Source of the DNA: Desulfobacterales bacterium
GTDB taxonomy: Bacteria > Desulfobacterota > Desulfobacteria > Desulfobacterales > UBA2174
DNA: 64,000 nt
Assembly: GCA_963668645.2 (NCBI GenBank)
Contig: CAXXWC010000021.1
Span: 160,001 to 224,000, forward strand
Direction of reading: 5' to 3'
The first letter of the stretch is position 1. Each line of letters begins with the position of its first letter. Shown one piece after another: positions 59,597-64,000 of the stretch. Under the pieces are notes generated by a model. It was given only the letters and a program-made list of their open reading frames with translations, made no database searches and had not been told where the DNA came from. Position numbers and translations under genes: made by a program.

Positions 59597-60469
59597 CTAC
59601 TCGCGGCCGACGAAAAAGGGACGAAAGTCCTTTTCCTCGCGTTTCAGGGCCTGGTCCAGAACCCTGATCATCCACGCCCGATCGTCCGGCAGGCGGCCGG
59701 CCACGTCGATGTAATTGGTGTAATGATCGCTGGCGATACGGGTCGGAACGTCCAAAAGGGAAATCAGGGACCGGGTTTCGCGGATCACGCCGTGGGGCCC
59801 GAGCATGGTAAAATTGCTGTTTATGACCGCATCCAGCATGGGCGTGCCCACCTTGGGCACGAAGGTTCTCAGACGGACAAAGTCCGGCCCGATGCGGTTG
59901 ATCGCCTCTGCGGTCAGCCGCGCGTGATCCCGGCTTGCCTCGATCCCGCCCAGCCCGAGAACCACGTAAAGGCTCAACTCGATCCCGGCCCGGCGCACCC
60001 ATCGGCCGGCCTCGATCTGTTCTGCGGCGCAGGTGCCCTTGCAAACAGCACTAAGGACCCGGTCATCGCCCGATTCCAGCCCCACATGGATCCTGGTGAG
60101 GCCGGCTTCGGCCAAACGCCTCAGGTCCGAAGCCCCCTTGCGGTGAATGTACTGGGACGATCCGTACACCGTGATGCGCCCCAACTCGGGAAAGATGTCG
60201 TGGGCCGCCCGGCACACGGCGGCCAGGCGTTCCGTGCGCATGGCGATGGTGTTGCCGGCCGGCAAAAAGAGGTTTCGCACCGGCACGCCACGGGATCGGG
60301 CCTCGTGCAGATCGGCGACGATCTCGTCCACCGGCCGCTCGCGGTAGCGCGGGCCGTTTTTATAGACCATGCAAAAAGTGCAGCGGTTCCACGGGCAGCC
60401 GATGGTGGCCTGGACCAGCAGACTCTCGGCTTCACTGGGCGGGCGATAGATGGGACCTTCGTAGCGCAT
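59597..60469 (-). CDS. radical SAM protein
   Basis: YRPPSEA.S, GCPWNRCTFC, GLESG, SDH..NY. Confidence 0.9.
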   Translation of the reverse strand: MRYEGPIYRPPSEAESLLVQATIGCPWNRCTFCMVYKNGPRYRERPVDEIVADLHEARSRGVPVRNLFLPAGNTIAMRTERLAAVCRAAHDIFPELGRITVYGSSQYIHRKGASDLRRLAEAGLTRIHVGLESGDDRVLSAVCKGTCAAEQIEAGRWVRRAGIELSLYVVLGLGGIEASRDHARLTAEAINRIGPDFVRLRTFVPKVGTPMLDAVINSNFTMLGPHGVIRETRSLISLLDVPTRIASDHYTNYIDVAGRLPDDRAWMIRVLDQALKREEKDFRPFFVGRE

Positions 60470-60549
60470 GAGGGTTCCGGTTTCAGGCCTCTTTTGCTAT
60501 TCTTGCCGGATCGGCGAGCCTTTCAGACCTTTTAGGGGATTTGAGCGCC

Positions 60550-61083
60550 ATGCAAACCACCCGCTGGTACGTGATCACCGGCGCTCCGTGCGCCGGCAAA
60601 ACGAGCGTGATTCTCGATCTGGCGCGCCGGGGCTACCCGGTGGTTCACGAAACGGCCCGGGCCTATATCGAAAGTCGCCAGGCCGCCGGCCAATCCCTGG
60701 CGCAGATCCGGGCCAACGAGCGCTCTTTCGAACGCGAAATTTTGCGCCGCAAGATCGAGATCGAAGCCGCCCTACCCCCGGATCGGGTCACTTTTCTAGA
60801 CCGGGGAGTGCCCGACTCCATCGCCTATTTCAGAGCCGCCGATCTCGATGCGCAAGAGTGTTTCGCCGCCGCGCAAGCCTTTGGCTACGCCGGCGTTTTT
60901 TTTCTCGAACGGCTCGGCCTGCAAGCCGATACGGTGCGCATCGAGGACGATCACGGCGCAGCGCGGCTCGAAGCCCTGCTTTACGAGGCCTACCGTGAGT
61001 TGGGCTACCTTCCGGTGCGCATCCCGCTGCGGCCGGTTGAAGAACGCAGCGCCATGATTCTAGCGCAGATCGAGGCGCGTTAG
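60550..61083 (+). CDS. AAA_28/NadR-like P-loop ATPase
   Basis: ITGAPCAGKTS, FLDRG.PD. Confidence 0.85.
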   Translation: MQTTRWYVITGAPCAGKTSVILDLARRGYPVVHETARAYIESRQAAGQSLAQIRANERSFEREILRRKIEIEAALPPDRVTFLDRGVPDSIAYFRAADLDAQECFAAAQAFGYAGVFFLERLGLQADTVRIEDDHGAARLEALLYEAYRELGYLPVRIPLRPVEERSAMILAQIEAR

Positions 61084-61773
61084 CAGTTCTTTGATCTCCT
61101 CTTTTTTCAACGGGCGCCAGCGGCCGGCGGCCAGATTGCCGAGGTGCACGTTGGCCACCCGAACCCTTTCCAGGGTTACGACCCGTCTCCCCAGCCGGCG
61201 CACCATGCGCCGGATCTGGCGGTTCTTGCCCTCCTTTAGGATGATGCGAAAGCGGTCCGACCCCAGCCGCACCACCTCGGCCGGCCGGGTCTGGATGTCC
61301 AGGATCCGGATCCCGGTTCGCATCCGTTCCAACGCCGCATCGGGCAGCGGCCCGTCCACCGCCACCACGTATTCCTTCTCATGGTCGAAGGAAGGGTGGG
61401 ACAACCGATGATGGATCCGCCCGTCGTTGGTCATCAGCAGCAGCCCGCTGGAATCCTTGTCCAGCCGGCCCACGGGGTAGATACGCTGGGGCACATCCAG
61501 CATCAGGTCGGTCACGACCCGCTTGCCCGGGTGACGGCAGCTTGTCACGTAGCCCACCGGCTTGTTCAGGGCCAGATAGACCAGCGACTCCTGGAACGCG
61601 ACCGGCTTGCCGTCCACCGCGACCCGGTCGGCAGCCGGATCGATGCAGGTGCCCAAGGCCGTGACCACCTTCCCGTTGATCGTCACGTGACCTTGCTGGA
61701 TCAGCACTTCGGCCCGGCGGCGTGAACAGACCCCGGCGTGTGCCAGGAATTTTTGAAGCCGCATGGCATCCAT
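61060..61773 (-). CDS. rRNA pseudouridine synthase (RsuA/RluB family)
   Basis: S4 domain RLQKFLAHAGVCSRR, GRLD, EGKNRQIRRM. Confidence 0.93.
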   Translation of the reverse strand: MDAMRLQKFLAHAGVCSRRRAEVLIQQGHVTINGKVVTALGTCIDPAADRVAVDGKPVAFQESLVYLALNKPVGYVTSCRHPGKRVVTDLMLDVPQRIYPVGRLDKDSSGLLLMTNDGRIHHRLSHPSFDHEKEYVVAVDGPLPDAALERMRTGIRILDIQTRPAEVVRLGSDRFRIILKEGKNRQIRRMVRRLGRRVVTLERVRVANVHLGNLAAGRWRPLKKEEIKELLTRLDLR

Positions 61774-61792
61774 CGGTGCCCGTTCTTCCCTT

Positions 61793-62977
61793 TTACGAGC
61801 GATAGTCCGCGTTGATCTTGACGTAATCCAGCGAAAAATCGCAGCTGAGCATGGTGGCCTGCCCTGAACCGGCGCCAAGATCCAGAGTCACGCTGAAAGC
61901 GTCCTTGTGCAGCACTTCAGTGGCGGCCCGCTCGGCCTCCGGCCCGAGGCCGACGCCTTCGCTCACCATGCGGACATGGTCGAAGAAAAGAGACACCCGC
62001 CCGGGATCGAAGGCCACCCCGGCCCGGCCCGCGGCGGCCAGGACTCTGCCCCAGTTGGCGTCCTGGCCGAAAAAAGCCGTCTTGACCAGGGGCGAGTGGG
62101 CCACGGTGTCCGCGATCCGGCCGGCATCGACATCCGATGAGGCCCCGCACACCTTGATCGTCACCACCTTGGTGACCCCTTCCCCATCGGCGACCAACTG
62201 GCGCGCCAGCTCGATCAACAAGTCGTCCAGTGCATTTTGAAAAAGCTCCCGTGCTCCGGGCTGGTCGAGACGGACCCCAGAGATCCCGTTGGCCATGAGC
62301 AGACAGGTGTCGTTGGTGCTGGTATCGCCGTCGATGCTGATCCGATTGAAGGACCGGTCCACCGCCCGGCGCAAGACGGCCTTCAAATCCGCCGGCGTGC
62401 CCTGGATGTCGCTCATCACGAAACAGAGCAGGGTCGCCATGTCCGGCCGGATCATACCGGCGCCTTTGGCCACGCCCACCAGCGTCACGGGCCGCCCGGA
62501 GATGGTGACCTGGCGCCGCTCGGCCTTGGGTACCGTATCGGTGGTCATGATGCTTTCGGCCAGGGACCGGACATCGTCGGACTTCAGCGCCTTTACCAGA
62601 TCCGGCATCGCGGCACCGAATTTGTCCATCGGCATCGCTGCCCCGATCACCCCGGTGGAGGCCGCCAGAACCTGGTCCTCATCAACCCCGAGCTCGTGGG
62701 CCGCCATGGCGGTCATCGACAGCACGTCGCTCATCCCCTGTGCCCCGGTGCAGCAATTGGCGTTCTTGCTGTTGGCTACCACGGCCCGGCAGGTCCCGCT
62801 GGCGGCACGCCGGCGGCTCAGCTGTACCGGGGCGGCCTGGACCTGGTTGCGGGTGAACACGCCGGCCACACTGGCCGGTGTTTCGCTGAAAATCAGGCCG
62901 AGATCGCAGGCCCCGTTTTTTTTCAGGCCAGCGCATACACCCGCCGTTTTGAAACCCGGGCATCCGAATCGTTCCAT
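61793..62977 (-). CDS. argJ: bifunctional ornithine acetyltransferase/N-acetylglutamate synthase
   Basis: STGVIG, IMTTDT, KGAGMI.P.MAT, DGDTSTND, DGEG.TK, INADYRS. Confidence 0.96.
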   Translation of the reverse strand: MERFGCPGFKTAGVCAGLKKNGACDLGLIFSETPASVAGVFTRNQVQAAPVQLSRRRAASGTCRAVVANSKNANCCTGAQGMSDVLSMTAMAAHELGVDEDQVLAASTGVIGAAMPMDKFGAAMPDLVKALKSDDVRSLAESIMTTDTVPKAERRQVTISGRPVTLVGVAKGAGMIRPDMATLLCFVMSDIQGTPADLKAVLRRAVDRSFNRISIDGDTSTNDTCLLMANGISGVRLDQPGARELFQNALDDLLIELARQLVADGEGVTKVVTIKVCGASSDVDAGRIADTVAHSPLVKTAFFGQDANWGRVLAAAGRAGVAFDPGRVSLFFDHVRMVSEGVGLGPEAERAATEVLHKDAFSVTLDLGAGSGQATMLSCDFSLDYVKINADYRS

Positions 62978-63182
62978 GAGCTTGTTTTCCTTTTTCCGCC
63001 TTGCGAGAGAGAAAAAGCGCTGTTGTGCGCACCGGCCGCCAGTCTTGACAGAAGCCGTGTTTGTTGTCAATCTGCGCGATCCGTTGATCAAAGGTCGGGA
63101 AAATTCCCCCCGGGCGCCGCAGGCAAACCCGCCCGGCATCACTACGACGCATCCATGAGGCGCGAGAAAGAAAAAAGACTCG

Positions 63183-63365
63183 ATGAAATCCACGCAAATC
63201 GCCTGTAAACGCTGCGGCCGCCCCCTGAGACTGAGGCGGACTTGAACACGGGTGGAACTGCACTGCAGGTCATGCGGTGCCGCTTTCGGCCTCGAAGCAT
63301 TTCCCGAGGCCCTCGACGAAGCCATAGAGAACCTTCTGGCCTCGATCCCCTGCAATCGCATTTAA
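63183..63365 (+). CDS. small dual-CXXC (seleno)protein with in-frame UGA
   Basis: MKSTQIACKRCGRPLRLRRT-U-TRVELHCRSCGAAFGLEAFPEALDEAIENLLASIPCNRI*, with UGA at 63243-63245 followed by a hairpin. Absent from the ORF track. Confidence 0.8.
63260..63280 (+). promoter_or_regulatory. candidate bacterial SECIS element
   Basis: Stem GCACTGCA / TGCGGTGC with loop GGTCA; the loop starts 22 nt after the UGA. Confidence 0.7.
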
Positions 63366-63378
63366 AGGGCAAAGCGCG

Positions 63379-64000
63379 TTGATCCTTGCCAACCTCTTTC
63401 CCGTTTTTACCCTCATCGTTCTCGGCGCCCTGCTCAAACGCCGGGGCCTGACCAATGACACCTTTCTGGCGACCTCGGACCGGCTGGTCTATTTCATCTT
63501 CTTTCCGGCCATGCTCTTCTGGAAAATCGGCGGCGCCGATCCGGGCTCCGGCATTCCCTGGCGCCTGTGCCTGGCGGTGGCCTCCGCCGTGCTGATCGTG
63601 TACGCCATCGCCGCCTTGAGCATGCACCCGGCAGGCATTACCGGTTTTCAGGCCGGCTCTTTTTCCCAAAGCTGCTACCGGTTCAACACCTACATCGGCG
63701 TGGCCATCCTGATCAACGCAATGGACGACGAAGGGGTGCGGCTCTTCGGCATTCTCATCGGTTTTCTCATCCCCATGATCAACGTTCTGGCCGTTTCCAC
63801 CCTGATCTGGTTTTCCGGCGAGCGCCTCGATGCCCGCCGCCGCGTGGTCGTAACCGTCAAGGCCCTGGTTTCCAACCCGCTGATCGTGGCCTGCCTCTGC
63901 GGCCTGGCCTACTCCCAGGCCATCAACCGGTTCCCCACCTTCGTGGACAACACCCTGCGTCTCATGTCGCTGATCACCCTCCCCCTGGCCCTGTTGAGCA
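63379..64000 (+). CDS. AEC (auxin efflux carrier) family transporter, truncated by the window end
   Basis: TTG start, MILANLFPVFTLIVLG...DRLVYFIFFPAMLF...RFNTYIG...SNPLI; open to the end of the window. Confidence 0.88.
   Translation, partial: MILANLFPVFTLIVLGALLKRRGLTNDTFLATSDRLVYFIFFPAMLFWKIGGADPGSGIPWRLCLAVASAVLIVYAIAALSMHPAGITGFQAGSFSQSCYRFNTYIGVAILINAMDDEGVRLFGILIGFLIPMINVLAVSTLIWFSGERLDARRRVVVTVKALVSNPLIVACLCGLAYSQAINRFPTFVDNTLRLMSLITLPLALLS

Noticed and set aside
28786..63263. Many long antisense or alternate-frame ORFs (e.g. 31239..32660, 38023..39369, 41135..42355, 58779..60044, 62237..63208)
   Set aside because: They are shadow ORFs of well-supported genes in high-GC DNA.
1..64000. 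tRNA, rRNA, integron integrase or phage genes
   Set aside because: None recognised by eye; a covariance or HMM search would be needed to exclude small ncRNAs.

Overview
The window looks like chromosomal DNA from a GC-rich anaerobe, probably a sulfate-reducing Desulfobacterota; this is inferred from gene content, not proven. The left 28 kb is accessory. (i) 1-10.5 kb is an AT-rich defence block: a complete type I Zorya operon (zorABCD, minus strand), followed downstream by integron attC-like hairpins that separate two single-gene cassettes of unknown function. No integrase is visible in the window. (ii) 10.6-16.8 kb holds an intact IS21 element, a MITE and several gene fragments. (iii) 16.8-28 kb is a hybrid kinase-CheR-(cheB remnant)-diguanylate cyclase operon, interrupted twice by apparently identical copies of an unusual 2744-bp two-ORF IS with 8-bp target duplications and a -1 frameshift motif. 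The right 36 kb is mostly housekeeping. It includes potABCD, an atypical membrane Ser/Thr kinase, a binding protein/two-component/sigma54/TauE module, an MFS transporter and a TRAP/acyl-CoA ligase/GntR block bounded by a 29-bp duplication of the ugpC 3' end. It also includes ugpC/ugpBAE, glpAB-HAD (no glpC) with glpR, a radical SAM gene, a pseudouridine synthase, argJ, a small UGA-readthrough selenoprotein gene missed by the ORF track, and a partial AEC transporter.
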